Source of the DNA: Candidatus Latescibacterota bacterium
Lineage (GTDB): Bacteria > Latescibacterota > UBA2968 > UBA8231
Assembly: GCA_965200315.1 (NCBI GenBank)
Contig: OZ241362.1
Coordinates: forward strand, 128,001 to 192,000
Length of the DNA stretch: 64,000 bases
Reading direction: 5' to 3'
Part shown: one piece after another, positions 33,819-44,175 of the stretch
Layout of the letters: each line of letters opens with the position of its first letter
Numbering within the stretch: position 1 is the first letter of the stretch
Position numbers and translations under genes: made by a program
Notes under the pieces: model-generated
Database searches by the model: none
What the model was told of the DNA's origin: nothing
What the model saw: only the letters and a program-made list of their open reading frames with translations

Positions 33819-34591
33819 ATCTGCAAGCCTATATCGAGGAGCGGCTTACCGAGCGCAAGGTCCTGCTGATGACGCATCTGATCGCAGGTTTCCCGTCGCT
33901 GGAGGCCAACTGGCGGATGCTGGAGATCATGGCGGAGGCCGAGGTCGATTTGGTCGAATTGCAGATGCCCTTTAGCGAGCCAATCGCCGACGGGCCGACC
34001 TTTGCGCGAGCCAACCAGCAGGCTCTCAAAAGCGGCCTTACCCTCGACGAATATTTCGATTTGATGCAGCGCGCAACCTCGGCTTTTGCCTTTCCGCATC
34101 TGATGATGGGCTACTACAACACGGCGTTTCGCTTGGGGCACGGTCCATTCTGCCGCCGCTTGGCTGCCAGTGGGGCCTGCGGCTTTATCCTGCCGGACTT
34201 GCCGGTCGAAGAGTACGGCGACCTGTGGGCAGCAGGCGCGGAGTGCGAGCAAACGCCGATTGTGCTGATGACCCCGACCAACACTGACCAGCGGTTGCAG
34301 CAGATTGGTGCCCAAGCCAAAGGGTTGGTCTATGCGGTGGCGCGCAAGGGCGTAACTGGCCGTCAGACCGACTTAGGCGGGGAACTCTATCGGTTTATTG
34401 CGCGGTGCCGTGCGGCGACCGCTCTGCCGCTCGGAGTCGGTTTTGGCCTGCGCAGCGGGGAAGATTTGCGCCAGCTACAGGGTCGGGCCGAAATCGGCAT
34501 CGTCGGATCGGTGCTGTTGGAGGGCTGGGAACGGGAAGGGGAAGCGGGCTACGCCGCTTTGTTGCACGACTTGGCTGCTGGTCGCGGCTGA
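33815..34591 (+). CDS. trpA: Tryptophan synthase alpha chain
   Basis: PFSEPIADGP, MGYYN, PDLP, GVTG and VGFG; overlaps the trpB stop. Confidence 0.96.
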   Translation: MNLQAYIEERLTERKVLLMTHLIAGFPSLEANWRMLEIMAEAEVDLVELQMPFSEPIADGPTFARANQQALKSGLTLDEYFDLMQRATSAFAFPHLMMGYYNTAFRLGHGPFCRRLAASGACGFILPDLPVEEYGDLWAAGAECEQTPIVLMTPTNTDQRLQQIGAQAKGLVYAVARKGVTGRQTDLGGELYRFIARCRAATALPLGVGFGLRSGEDLRQLQGRAEIGIVGSVLLEGWEREGEAGYAALLHDLAAGRG

Positions 34592-34658
34592 AATCCTTTA
34601 CAACCATAATTTTTATTGTCTGAGCAACGCCGGTGCTAGGGTGTTTGTCCCGGCGCGA

Positions 34659-35393
34659 TCAGTCCATGTACAACCCCCCGTTGACGTCGATGGTCTCGCC
34701 GGTGATGTGCCGCGCGTCGTCCGAAGCCAGAAAGAGCGCGCAGTTGGCTACGTCTTCGGGCTGGCCGGAGCGGCCAAGGGGGATGGAGGCTTTGAGCTGG
34801 TCGTGTTCGGGGGCGGAGGTCATGGCGGTGTTGATGACGCCGGGAGCGATGGCGTTGACGCGGATTTGGTCGGGAGCTAAGGCGCGCGCTAGGCCAATGG
34901 TTAAGGTGAGGACGCCAGCTTTAGCCGCTGCGTAGGGAGGGCCAGCGGCTAGGCCCCCGGTCTTGGCCGCTAGGGAGGTCATGTTGATGATGACCCCTTG
35001 GCGGCGCGCCTTCATATGGGGGATGACCGCTTGGGTGCAGAGGAAAGGCCCCTTCATGTTGACATCGACGATGCGGTCCCAGTGCTCTTCGCTGCACGAT
35101 TCAAAGGTCGTATAGACGAGATAGCCGGCGTTGTTGACTAGGATATCGAGTTGGCCGAACTCGTCGAGTACGCGGCTCGTGCCGGCGAGGACGGCGGCCT
35201 TGGAGGATACATCCATAGCTAATCCCAACGCGCCTGACCCAATCGCGGCAGCCGTGGCGCTGGCGGTGCCAGAGTCAATGTCGGCGATGGCCACTCGTGC
35301 TCCCTCGCGGGCAAAGCACTCGGCGCAGGCCCGACCAATGCCCCGGCCTGCGCCGGTGATCAACGCGGCCTTGTGCTGTAATTTTCCCGTCAT
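34659..35393 (-). CDS. Short-chain dehydrogenase/reductase
   Basis: TGAGRGIG, NNAG, YAAAK and NAIAPG. Confidence 0.92.
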   Translation of the reverse strand: MTGKLQHKAALITGAGRGIGRACAECFAREGARVAIADIDSGTASATAAAIGSGALGLAMDVSSKAAVLAGTSRVLDEFGQLDILVNNAGYLVYTTFESCSEEHWDRIVDVNMKGPFLCTQAVIPHMKARRQGVIINMTSLAAKTGGLAAGPPYAAAKAGVLTLTIGLARALAPDQIRVNAIAPGVINTAMTSAPEHDQLKASIPLGRSGQPEDVANCALFLASDDARHITGETIDVNGGLYMD

Positions 35394-35401
35394 GGTGCCT
35401 C

Positions 35402-35724
35402 CTAGTTAGAAAAAGATCGCCAGAGCAGGACCGTACCGTCTTCGGCCCCAGACGCCAGCATGGTGCCGTCGGGCGAAAACGAGACGGATTGGACCTAACC
35501 GGCATGCCCTTTCAGGGTGGTCAGCCGCCTCTGCGTCGCCACGTCCCACAGGACTATGTTGTTATCGCTTGAGCCGGACGCGAGTGTGGTGCCGTCGGGC
35601 GAAAACGCCACGGAAGAGGCATAAGACGTACGATCTTGGTCGGTCAGCCGACTCCACTTGGGAGAATCGGCGACAGCTAAGACCGCCAGCGCAGCCCAAC
35701 TATAACGGCGAATAACGCTTTCAT
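35402..35724 (-). pseudogene. Decayed secreted WD40-repeat protein gene
   Basis: Minus strand reads [64 protein letters not shown]. There is an internal TAG at 35495-35497 and a frameshift near the signal-peptide-like start, which has an SD (GAGGAG). Confidence 0.8.
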
Positions 35725-35863
35725 AAGGCGTCTCCTCGGTAAAACAAAATATGCTATTTTGCGCGACGCCCCAATGCGCGTGGTTTGCTACGTTGGGAAA
35801 AATCTATAAGATAAAGTTGCCTATAAAAGCTACGCCGAATTTTAGAATCGGGAGTTTGCAGAT

Positions 35864-37123
35864 ATGAGAAGCGTCATTGGAGTCGTCCTCGGGGGTGGGC
35901 AGGGTGCGCGACTCTTCCCGCTAACGCAGCTTCGCTCCAAGCCGGCCGTGCCCATTGGCGGCAAATACCGCTTAATCGACATTCCCATCAGCAATTGTCT
36001 GCATTCTGGGATCAACCGCATCTTTGCCCTGACCCAATTCAACTCCGCTTCGCTGCACCGCCACATTAGCACGACGTATCGCTTTGATTCCTTTTCCGAT
36101 GGCTTTGTCGAGATCTTGGCGGCCGAGCAGACCCAAGACAGCGTCGATTGGTACCAAGGCACGGCCGACGCGGTGCGCCAACAGCTCAGGCACTTGCTCT
36201 CGAGCCGCGCCGACCAAGTGCTAATTCTGTCGGGCGACCACCTCTATCGCATGGATTACCGCGCCTTTGTCGAAGAGCACCGAGCGCGCGGCGCGGATGT
36301 GTCGATTGCGGTCAAGCCGGTGCCGCGGCAAGCCGCGCCCGCACTGGGGATCGTGCAGGTGAATGCTCAAGGGCGGATCGTGGATTTTCGCGAGAAGCCG
36401 CAAGACCCCGCCGAACTGGATGCTCTGCGGCTGCCAGCGGCTGCCGACCCGGAGGCGTGCTATATGGCCTCTATGGGCATTTACGTGTTTGAACCCCAGG
36501 TCTTGGTCAGCCTGCTGATGAGCAGCTACCAAGACGACTTCGGCAAGCACATCATCCCGGATGCGATCCACAAGGTGGGCGTTTTTGCCCACACCTTTGA
36601 AGGATATTGGGAAGACATCGGCACCATTCGCTCTTTTTACGAGGCGAACTTGGCGCTGACGGATCGGCCGCCACCGTTTGACTTTTACCAGGCCGACGCA
36701 CCGATTTACACCCACGCGCGCTTCCTCGCTGGGACGCGGCTGGACGATTGCCACATTGAGCGCGGGATTATCTGCGAAGGCTCTTCCATTCAGGCGGCCC
36801 GGATCGGGCGCTCGGTGATCGGAATCCGCTCGGTGATTGGCGCGAAATGCCAGATTGCCAACACCATCGTTATGGGTGCGGATTCGGAAGAGTCGCCGGT
36901 TGATCGAGCGCGCAATGCGGCTCAAGGCATTCCGAATATGGGGATTGGCGCGAACAGCACGATCACCGGCGCGATCATCGACAAAAACGCGCGCATCGGC
37001 GAGCGGGTTCGCATCACCAGCAAGGCCCGAGGCGTCGAGGCCGATGCGACCAATTACTACATCCGCGACGGGATCGTGGTCGTGCCTAAAGACGCGGTGA
37101 TTCCGCCGGGCATGGTTATTTGA
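35864..37123 (+). CDS. glgC: Glucose-1-phosphate adenylyltransferase
   Basis: [40 protein letters not shown] and DDFGKHIIP; C-terminal beta-helix. Confidence 0.96.
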   Translation: MRSVIGVVLGGGQGARLFPLTQLRSKPAVPIGGKYRLIDIPISNCLHSGINRIFALTQFNSASLHRHISTTYRFDSFSDGFVEILAAEQTQDSVDWYQGTADAVRQQLRHLLSSRADQVLILSGDHLYRMDYRAFVEEHRARGADVSIAVKPVPRQAAPALGIVQVNAQGRIVDFREKPQDPAELDALRLPAAADPEACYMASMGIYVFEPQVLVSLLMSSYQDDFGKHIIPDAIHKVGVFAHTFEGYWEDIGTIRSFYEANLALTDRPPPFDFYQADAPIYTHARFLAGTRLDDCHIERGIICEGSSIQAARIGRSVIGIRSVIGAKCQIANTIVMGADSEESPVDRARNAAQGIPNMGIGANSTITGAIIDKNARIGERVRITSKARGVEADATNYYIRDGIVVVPKDAVIPPGMVI

Positions 37124-37220
37124 CGGGACCGACCGCCTGCTACCGGTGGCCGAGTGCGCCGGGAAGCTTTTCGGCGGTAGGGGGCGCAGGCTGCCGCCAC
37201 CTTAAAACGGGAGACGTACA

Positions 37221-38570
37221 ATGGACAAGATTACCCTCGAAAATTTCCGCTGCTTCCGCGAAAGGCAGACCGCCCGCCTAGCCCCGCTGACCCTGCTCGT
37301 CGGCGAGAACAGCACTGGCAAGACCTCGTTTTTGGCTGTAATTCGGGCATTGTGGGATGTTGTTCAAGATACATTTCCCAATTTCAAAAAGACTCCCTAC
37401 GATCTCGGCAGCTTCGACGAAATCGCCTACTACCGAGGTGGACGAGGTGGACGGGCCGATACCTTTGAGGCGGGATTCGAGTTCATTAGAGATAGTGAAG
37501 AGTATTGTTTTGATGTGACGTTCAAAAAAAGGGGGGCTGTCCCCAGTCCGGTGCGAATGCGCTGTGCTCAAAAGGATACGTGGATCGAATGTAAACTCTC
37601 GGCAAACCAGTCGTCATGGGAAATTCGTTGCAGAACGGAGAATGGCACTTGGGGAGTCAGCCCACCTGCTAGATTCGCCCTGTCGGCACATACAGACCAC
37701 GCCGATCTATTCTCTTTGCTAATAGAATTAGAAATAGTCGTAGAGCAAGGAGAGGCTCGATGGACTGGCCAAGCAGGCTCAGGACAGCCTTCTGAAATGG
37801 ATCTAGAACGAATTCGCCATCTTCTATATCCGTTTACATCTTTTTACGCCTACGGAAACGAACCGTACGCCAGCGCACCGGTCCGCTCCAAGCCACGTCG
37901 CACCTACGACCCTGCTCGCCCGACGCGAGACCCCGAAGGCGACTACGTTCCTATGTATTTGTCCGATTTGTATTTTCAGGATAGACGCAAATGGGAAACG
38001 CTCAAGGGCGCACTCGAAAAATTTGGCCAAGATGCTGGTCTTTTCGATGAAATTTTGATCCGGGCTTTCGGAAAGAAGGCCACTGAGCCTTTTCAGGTAC
38101 AAATACGAAAATTTAGCAACAACAAGCTAAAGGGACCATCGCGCAACCTGATTGATGTCGGCTATGGCGTCAGCCAAGTGCTACCCGTCATAACCGAATT
38201 ACTGCGCCAAGACGCCCCGACCATGTTTCTGCTCCAACAACCCGAAGTCCACCTCCACCCCAGTGCTCAGGCCGCTTTAGGTAGCCTGTTTTGCCAAGTC
38301 GCCCGACCGGATCGCCAACTGGTTGTCGAAACGCATAGCGACCACTTGCTCGACCGGGTGCGGATGGATGTGCGCGATGGCGAGGGAAATTTGAAACCGG
38401 AAGATGTCTCTATCCTCTTTTTTGAGCCGCACGACCTCAGCGTGTGCATTCATTCGCTGAAATTGGACGAAGAAGGCAACGTTCTGAATGCTCCGCCGAG
38501 TTACCGGCGGTTCTTCATGGAAGAAGTTGAACGGTCTATCTGGAAGCGGCGGACATCTACCGGAGGATGA
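37221..38570 (+). CDS. ABC/AAA-type ATPase (AAA_21/DUF3696-like)
   Basis: ITLENFRCF start, Walker A GENSTGKT, signature-like VGYGVSQVL, QQPEVHLHP and VETHSDH. Confidence 0.88.
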   Translation: MDKITLENFRCFRERQTARLAPLTLLVGENSTGKTSFLAVIRALWDVVQDTFPNFKKTPYDLGSFDEIAYYRGGRGGRADTFEAGFEFIRDSEEYCFDVTFKKRGAVPSPVRMRCAQKDTWIECKLSANQSSWEIRCRTENGTWGVSPPARFALSAHTDHADLFSLLIELEIVVEQGEARWTGQAGSGQPSEMDLERIRHLLYPFTSFYAYGNEPYASAPVRSKPRRTYDPARPTRDPEGDYVPMYLSDLYFQDRRKWETLKGALEKFGQDAGLFDEILIRAFGKKATEPFQVQIRKFSNNKLKGPSRNLIDVGYGVSQVLPVITELLRQDAPTMFLLQQPEVHLHPSAQAALGSLFCQVARPDRQLVVETHSDHLLDRVRMDVRDGEGNLKPEDVSILFFEPHDLSVCIHSLKLDEEGNVLNAPPSYRRFFMEEVERSIWKRRTSTGG

Positions 38571-38573
38571 TGA

Positions 38574-39053
38574 ATGTGCGCCATTATTGACGCGAATGTC
38601 GCCGCCGAAGTATTCGTAGAGAAGCCGCAGCCGGCAGGAGAAAAGTTCTTGGACTGGGTCAAGGCCGGCAGGGGACGTTTAGTGGTTGGTGGCAAATTGC
38701 TTAGGGAACTTGAAAGTAGCACCGAAGGCTTCAGAAATTGGGCGTCTAGTGCTGTGGCGGCCGGCGTGTTGTACATCGCCAGCGAAAGCGAGTTGGCGGC
38801 AAGAACGGAGGAATTTGAAAACCACCCGGCCTGCAAATCGGACGATCCGCACGTGCTCGCCTTAGCTCAACTCAGCGGAGCCCGCCTGTTGTATTCCAAC
38901 GATCAAAACCTACAGGAAGATTTCAAGAACCAGCGATTGATTGACAGGCCACGCGGAAAGATATACTCAACGCTTAGAAGCAAAAATTTTACGAGTAGCC
39001 ACAGGCGGCTGCTCGGACGAACAGACCTTTGTCAAGGAATTTCTGCGCGGTAA
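38574..39053 (+). CDS. PIN-domain protein
   Basis: IIDANV at the N-terminus, plus DDPHVLALA and LYSNDQNL acidic PIN motifs; 3 bp after the ATPase. Confidence 0.8.
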   Translation: MCAIIDANVAAEVFVEKPQPAGEKFLDWVKAGRGRLVVGGKLLRELESSTEGFRNWASSAVAAGVLYIASESELAARTEEFENHPACKSDDPHVLALAQLSGARLLYSNDQNLQEDFKNQRLIDRPRGKIYSTLRSKNFTSSHRRLLGRTDLCQGISAR

Positions 39054-39071
39054 TGAGCGGCCGAGCATTTC

Positions 39072-39111
39072 AAAAAAAGAAGGGACGGGCATACACCCGT
39101 CCCTCTTTTTT
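39072..39111. terminator. Bidirectional intrinsic terminator
   Basis: A-tract, GGGACGGG-CATACA-CCCGTCCC stem-loop and T-tract between convergent regions. Confidence 0.85.
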
Positions 39112-39227
39112 ATTCTGCGAGAAAAGCCCTACTTGAGCGAGGTCATCTTGCGCTGCAGGCCTTTGTCGCCCGCGCGGAGGCGGTCCCGGTGCTGAGGTCC
39201 GACATATCGACAGCGACCGAGTAGGAG

Positions 39228-39730
39228 CTAGCTATGCACGTTCGCGCCTGGGCGGATTTCCCAGACGGCGTTGAGCGAGGGCAGCAAGTCGTTTTCAGCA
39301 AGCTGGCCAGCGGCCTTGGTCGAGTCTTGGCTGGCCACGTCAATGCGCGTGGATTCGAGCCGGGTACCTCCCACGAGGCGCAGTTGGGTATTGATGGGCA
39401 GCTCGATCATGGCGTAGCCAGCGTAGATTTGCTGGTCGCCGTCAAAATTGCTCAAAAGCTGGGCGGCGTCTTGGACGTAGGAGCCGAAGCGGTACTGGCT
39501 GCCATTGCTGCTGATTAGCCCGACCTTTTCGGCCGCAAAAAAGGTATTGGGCTGGCCGTCGTAGTCGATGTCGTCTTGGTCGAATTCGTAGTGCCGCTCG
39601 CGAAAAGTGTGCGCTTTGTCCAGAGCCAAGAAGCCGGTTTTGAAATTGCTGTTGATACCCTGCCATTGCTTGAAGGGCACGGTCAGGTTGAACTGGAATT
39701 CGCGGTTGCTCTCGTCGAGGTCGCGTATCT
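39228..39730 (-). pseudogene. Internal fragment of a TonB-dependent receptor gene
   Basis: Beta-barrel-like segment RDLDESNREFQFNLTVPF...YAGYAMIELP..LRLVGGTRLE..LLPSLNAVW, with no plug, signal peptide or C-terminus. Confidence 0.7.
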
Positions 39731-39745
39731 ATCGCAGAGAAAAAC

Positions 39746-39789
39746 GTCACCATTTCGTAACAATACTGTGACAAAAGCGTCGCATAGCG
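39746..39789 (+). promoter_or_regulatory. Putative Pho box (four 11-bp-phased repeats)
   Basis: GTCACCATTTC / GTAACAATACT / GTGACAAAAGC / GTCGCATAGCG at an exact 11-bp period upstream of the porin-pst-pho operon. Confidence 0.6.
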
Positions 39790-39929
39790 AGGCCATTTTC
39801 AAACATATAGCAACCCTACATCATTTACCAGATAATCCGCAGATAGACGCAGAGTAGGAGGCACAAGACGAGCCACCGCTCGAATCGAAGACGAGAAAAA
39901 CGCCAAAAGAGGGAGGATAGTAACACATA

Positions 39930-40898
39930 ATGAAAAAAAAGATGACGTTTGTAACCCTGATGTTGGGCTGGGTCTTTGCAGCGCAAGCACAGGAGGTCGC
40001 GATCAAAGGCCTTATGTTTGGCGACTACTACTACGTATTGGCCGCCGACGAGGCCGACGCTAGGCAGCCCCGCAAGCGCAATGCCTTCCAGTTCCGCCGG
40101 ATGTACCTCACATGCCAGAGGGACGTTGCCACTGACTTTGCGATTCGCTTTCGCCTTGAGGCTAAGGACGCGGGGTTTGCCCAAGGTGCGAAGATGGAAC
40201 CCTTCGTCAAGCACGGCTACGTACAGTGGAAAGAGGGGATAGGCGATGCGGATATATATCTAGGGCTTTCGGGGACGCCGACTTGGGCTGTCGCCGAAAA
40301 GGTCTGGGGCTACCGATCGATAGCCAAGACCGCGCTCGACTGGAATAAAATTGGCTCTTCGGCCGACTTGGGTGCGGCCCTCAAGGGCGCGGCGGGCCAG
40401 CTGAACTACCACCTGATGATCGGCAATGGTCCCGGACAGAAGCCGGAGGACGACCACGGCAAGAAGTTCTATGGTTCGTTGAGTTTCAAGGCGGCGGACC
40501 GATTGATCTTGGAAGGCTATGCGGACTTTAATGCGAAGCTGGCTGGTCGCAACGAGCGGACCTTCAAGGGCTTCGTCGGCTGGCAGGGAGCGAAGGGTAG
40601 GGCGGGGTTGGAGGTCTTCTCGCGCACCAACGAGCAGGCCGGCGCAGGCGGCGAGGATCAAGTCGTCGCCGGGGTCTCGGCTTTTGGCTCGCTGCCGCTC
40701 AATGCCGCGTTCAAGGGCTTTGGCCGATTCGATGCGGTCACCCACGACGCTGCGGACGACAGGGATTGGCTCTTCATCGCCGGCCTCGACTACGCCGCGG
40801 CTACAGACGTTCACCTGATGCCCAATGTGCTCATCGAGTCGCCCGCCGGCCGCGATGCCAATGTCCAAGGACGGCTGACCTTTTACTACAAATTTTAG
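39930..40898 (+). CDS. Outer-membrane porin, probably phosphate-selective
   Basis: Signal peptide, amphipathic beta strands (FQFRRMYL, FVKHGYVQW), C-terminal YYKF; heads the pst operon. Confidence 0.75.
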   Translation: MKKKMTFVTLMLGWVFAAQAQEVAIKGLMFGDYYYVLAADEADARQPRKRNAFQFRRMYLTCQRDVATDFAIRFRLEAKDAGFAQGAKMEPFVKHGYVQWKEGIGDADIYLGLSGTPTWAVAEKVWGYRSIAKTALDWNKIGSSADLGAALKGAAGQLNYHLMIGNGPGQKPEDDHGKKFYGSLSFKAADRLILEGYADFNAKLAGRNERTFKGFVGWQGAKGRAGLEVFSRTNEQAGAGGEDQVVAGVSAFGSLPLNAAFKGFGRFDAVTHDAADDRDWLFIAGLDYAAATDVHLMPNVLIESPAGRDANVQGRLTFYYKF

Positions 40899-40971
40899 CC
40901 GTGCCGTAACGCAAGTTTCATCCGTTAGATACAAATCCTACAAACTTAAAAACGGCCATACTTAAAATGGC

Positions 40972-41958
40972 ATGGAGAATGCAACGATGAGAAAAAAATG
41001 GCTCGGAGTAGTGCTGATGTGTGGGGTGTTCGCCGCTGGCGTCCAAGCGCAGACCATAGCCGTTGATGAGCGAATCGCGCCCTACGAGAAAGTGCGCGGT
41101 CTGGCTGGCAACGCCAGTAGCATTGGCTCCGACACGATGAACAACATGATGGCGCTCTGGCTGGAGGCCTTCCGCAAGTACTATCCCAACGTCAAGATCC
41201 AGATCGAGGGCAAGGGGTCGAGTACTGCGCCGCCGGCCCTAATTGAGGGCACGGCTCAGTTCGGGCCAATGTCGCGGCCGCTGAAGTCGAGCGAGGAGGA
41301 CAAATTCGAGCAGGCCTTCGGCTATAAGCCAACGCCTCTGCGGGCGGCGCTGGATGCGCTGGCGGTCTTTGTCAACAAGGACAACCCCCTCGAGGGCCTG
41401 AGCCTGCCGCAAGTCGATGCGATTTTTTCCAAGACCCGCCGCAGCGAGTTCCCCAACGACATCACCACTTGGGGCCAGTTGGGGTTAGAAGGGGATTGGG
41501 CCAAGGCCCGAATTAGCCTCTACGGCCGCAACTCGGCCTCGGGCACCTATGGTTTTTTTAAGAAGCAGGCCCTGTTCAAAGGCGACTACAAGGACGAGGT
41601 GAAAGAGCAGCCCGGGTCGGCGTCCGTAGTCCAAGGCATCACCGAGGACCGTTTCGCCATAGGATACAGCGGCATTGGCTATCAGACCTCGGGGGTGCGC
41701 GTTGTGCCCCTGGCTAAAGCCGAGGGACAGGAGTCTAAGCAAGGCTCGATGGAAAACGTACTAAACGGCTCGTATCCCCTCGGTCGTTTTCTATACATTT
41801 ATATAAACAAGGCCCCCGGCCAAGCTATGGACCCGCTAGTGAAAGAGTTCTGCAAGTTTATTTTTTCTAAAGAAGGTCAAGAAATTGTCGTCAAAGACGG
41901 CTATATGCCCGTGCCGTTTGAAGCGGTCCAAGCCGAATTGGCCAAATTGGATATCTAA
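40972..41958 (+). CDS. pstS: Phosphate ABC transporter substrate-binding protein
   Basis: GSDTM, EGKGSSTAPPAL, GRNSASGTY and YPLGRFLYIY; start may be 40987. Confidence 0.95.
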   Translation: MENATMRKKWLGVVLMCGVFAAGVQAQTIAVDERIAPYEKVRGLAGNASSIGSDTMNNMMALWLEAFRKYYPNVKIQIEGKGSSTAPPALIEGTAQFGPMSRPLKSSEEDKFEQAFGYKPTPLRAALDALAVFVNKDNPLEGLSLPQVDAIFSKTRRSEFPNDITTWGQLGLEGDWAKARISLYGRNSASGTYGFFKKQALFKGDYKDEVKEQPGSASVVQGITEDRFAIGYSGIGYQTSGVRVVPLAKAEGQESKQGSMENVLNGSYPLGRFLYIYINKAPGQAMDPLVKEFCKFIFSKEGQEIVVKDGYMPVPFEAVQAELAKLDI

Positions 41959-41970
41959 AGGCGTGGATAC

Positions 41971-44175
41971 GTGATCCCCAAGCCATATAAGCGCGGAATC
42001 ACGCCGCGCGCCCGCGCCCTCGACTGGCTGGCTGAGCGCTTCATCTCCTTTGGCGGCATCGGCATTGTCGCCGCCGTCTTGGGGATATTCGTCTTCGTCT
42101 TCGCCGAGGCTTGGCCCCTATTCCGCGCCCCGCAGCTACGACCAGCAAAGGCGCAACAAGTGGTCGGCCCATTCGCCATTGGGCTCGATCCCTATTACCA
42201 GACCGCGTATGCAGTCGGCCCCCAAGGGGTGGATTTGTTGCGGTTGGACGATGGCCAAGTCATCCGCCGCGAACTGCCAGCCGAGTTGACGAGCCGCAAG
42301 GTAACGGCCGCACAGCGGATGCCAAACGACGTTCTGGCACTGGGCACGGACGACGGTCATTTGCTAGTGGCGCGGATTCGTTTCCAACTCGATTACAGCA
42401 GCGGCCAGCGGCAGGTGGTGCCGCAGTTTGCGGTTGAGCGCCTCATCGCGGTCGATCCGGCGGGCGAGCCACTGGTACAGGTGGGCTTTCGACAAGGGGA
42501 CGACGGCCGCTCGGTCGCAGCGGCGATTACGGCGAGTGGCCGCTTGGTGGTGATGGTGGCTGAGCAGCAGCAGGGCCTATTGGGGCCGGGCGAGCGCCGA
42601 GAAAGGCAGTACGAGCTAACGGCCGCTTTCGACGGCAAGGCCACGCAGGTACTGCTCGACGGCCGCATTCGCCAGTTGCTCGTGGGAACGGACCAGGGGC
42701 AGGTGTACGAGTGGAGGCTGGGCGCAGTGGAGCAAGCACCTGCGTTTGTGGGGCACATTGCGGTCTCAGAGGTCGCGGTTTCGGCGTTGGCGTACGCGCT
42801 GGGCGAGGTTTCTCTGGTCGTCGGCGACGCGGCCGGCCGCGTCAGCACTTGGTTTAAGGTCGAGGAAAGTGGGCAGCGCTCGTATCGCAAAATTCACGCC
42901 TTTGTTCCCCATGAGTCAGCCGTTACCCACATTGCCGCTTCAGAGCGCGACAAGCAGTTTCTCACGACCGACGCTGAGGGCACCATCGCCCTGCACCACC
43001 TAACCTCCGAACAGACGCCCTTCCAACTGAGAGGCGACTCCCCGGCGACCGCGTTGGTCTTCGCGCCCAAGGCCGACGGATTTTTGGCTCTCGGCCAAGA
43101 CGGGTGGTTGCGGCGCTTTGCCCTCGACCACCCCCATCCCGAAATCAGCGCAGCCGTGCTGTTTGGCTCCATCTGGTACGAGGGCTACGGGGGCCGCGAA
43201 TACGTGTGGCAATCTACGGGCGGCACGGATGAGTTCGAGCCGAAGCTCAGCTTGGTGCCGCTGATTTTGGGCACGGCCAAGGGTACGCTCTACGCCCTGC
43301 TCTTTGCCTTGCCGTTGGCCGTTTTAGCCGCGATTTACACGGCCGAATTTGCCTCGCCGCGCGTACAGGGATTGGTCAAGCCGTCTGTGGAAGTCATGGC
43401 CTCGTTGCCGAGCGTCATCTTGGGCTTTCTCGCTGGCTTGTGGCTGGCCCCACTGCTCGAATCGCATTTGTTGGGGACCTTGCTGCTGCTGCCGGCGGTG
43501 CCAGCCGTGGTTATAGCTGCGGCTTGGGGCTGGCAATACGCTCCAGAGGCTTGGGTGCGCCAAGTGGCGCGGGTGGGGGAGATATACTTGCTCGGTGCGG
43601 TGACCCTGCTGGTCGCTGGGTTGGCGTACGCGCTGGGGCCGGTCTTTGAAGACTTGGCTTTTGAGGGGCACTTCTTGCGCTGGCTGCGGCAAGACGCGGG
43701 CGTTGGCTACGACCAGCGCAATTGCTTGGTCGTGGGGTTTGCCATGGGTTTTGCGGTCGTTCCGCTGGTCTTCACTATCTGCGAGGACGCGCTCTCCAGC
43801 GTGCCCAGCCACTTGCGCGCCGGCTCGCTGGCCTTGGGAGCCACGCCTTGGCAGACAGCGATCAAAGTGGTGTTGCCCATGGCCCTGCCGGGCATTTTCT
43901 CGGCGTCCATGATCGGCCTTGGCCGCGCCATCGGGGAAACCATGATCGTGCTGATGGCCACGGGCAATACCCCGATCATAGATTGGAATATCTTCAACGG
44001 CATGCGTACCATCTCGGCCAATATCGCCGTGGAGTTACCAGAAGCGCCACACCAAGGTACGCTCTACCGAGTGCTTTTCCTTAGTGGCTTGCTGCTGTTT
44101 ATCGCTACCTTCTTTATCAACTCGTTGGCCGAGATCGTGCGCCAACGCTTGCGGGATAAGTACAATCGGCTGTGA
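41971..44175 (+). CDS. pstC: Phosphate ABC transporter permease PstC (long form with beta-propeller insert)
   Basis: LPSVILG, ALGATPWQT, GRAIGETM and PEAP in the C-terminal TM domain; WD-like central region. Confidence 0.92.
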   Translation: MIPKPYKRGITPRARALDWLAERFISFGGIGIVAAVLGIFVFVFAEAWPLFRAPQLRPAKAQQVVGPFAIGLDPYYQTAYAVGPQGVDLLRLDDGQVIRRELPAELTSRKVTAAQRMPNDVLALGTDDGHLLVARIRFQLDYSSGQRQVVPQFAVERLIAVDPAGEPLVQVGFRQGDDGRSVAAAITASGRLVVMVAEQQQGLLGPGERRERQYELTAAFDGKATQVLLDGRIRQLLVGTDQGQVYEWRLGAVEQAPAFVGHIAVSEVAVSALAYALGEVSLVVGDAAGRVSTWFKVEESGQRSYRKIHAFVPHESAVTHIAASERDKQFLTTDAEGTIALHHLTSEQTPFQLRGDSPATALVFAPKADGFLALGQDGWLRRFALDHPHPEISAAVLFGSIWYEGYGGREYVWQSTGGTDEFEPKLSLVPLILGTAKGTLYALLFALPLAVLAAIYTAEFASPRVQGLVKPSVEVMASLPSVILGFLAGLWLAPLLESHLLGTLLLLPAVPAVVIAAAWGWQYAPEAWVRQVARVGEIYLLGAVTLLVAGLAYALGPVFEDLAFEGHFLRWLRQDAGVGYDQRNCLVVGFAMGFAVVPLVFTICEDALSSVPSHLRAGSLALGATPWQTAIKVVLPMALPGIFSASMIGLGRAIGETMIVLMATGNTPIIDWNIFNGMRTISANIAVELPEAPHQGTLYRVLFLSGLLLFIATFFINSLAEIVRQRLRDKYNRL

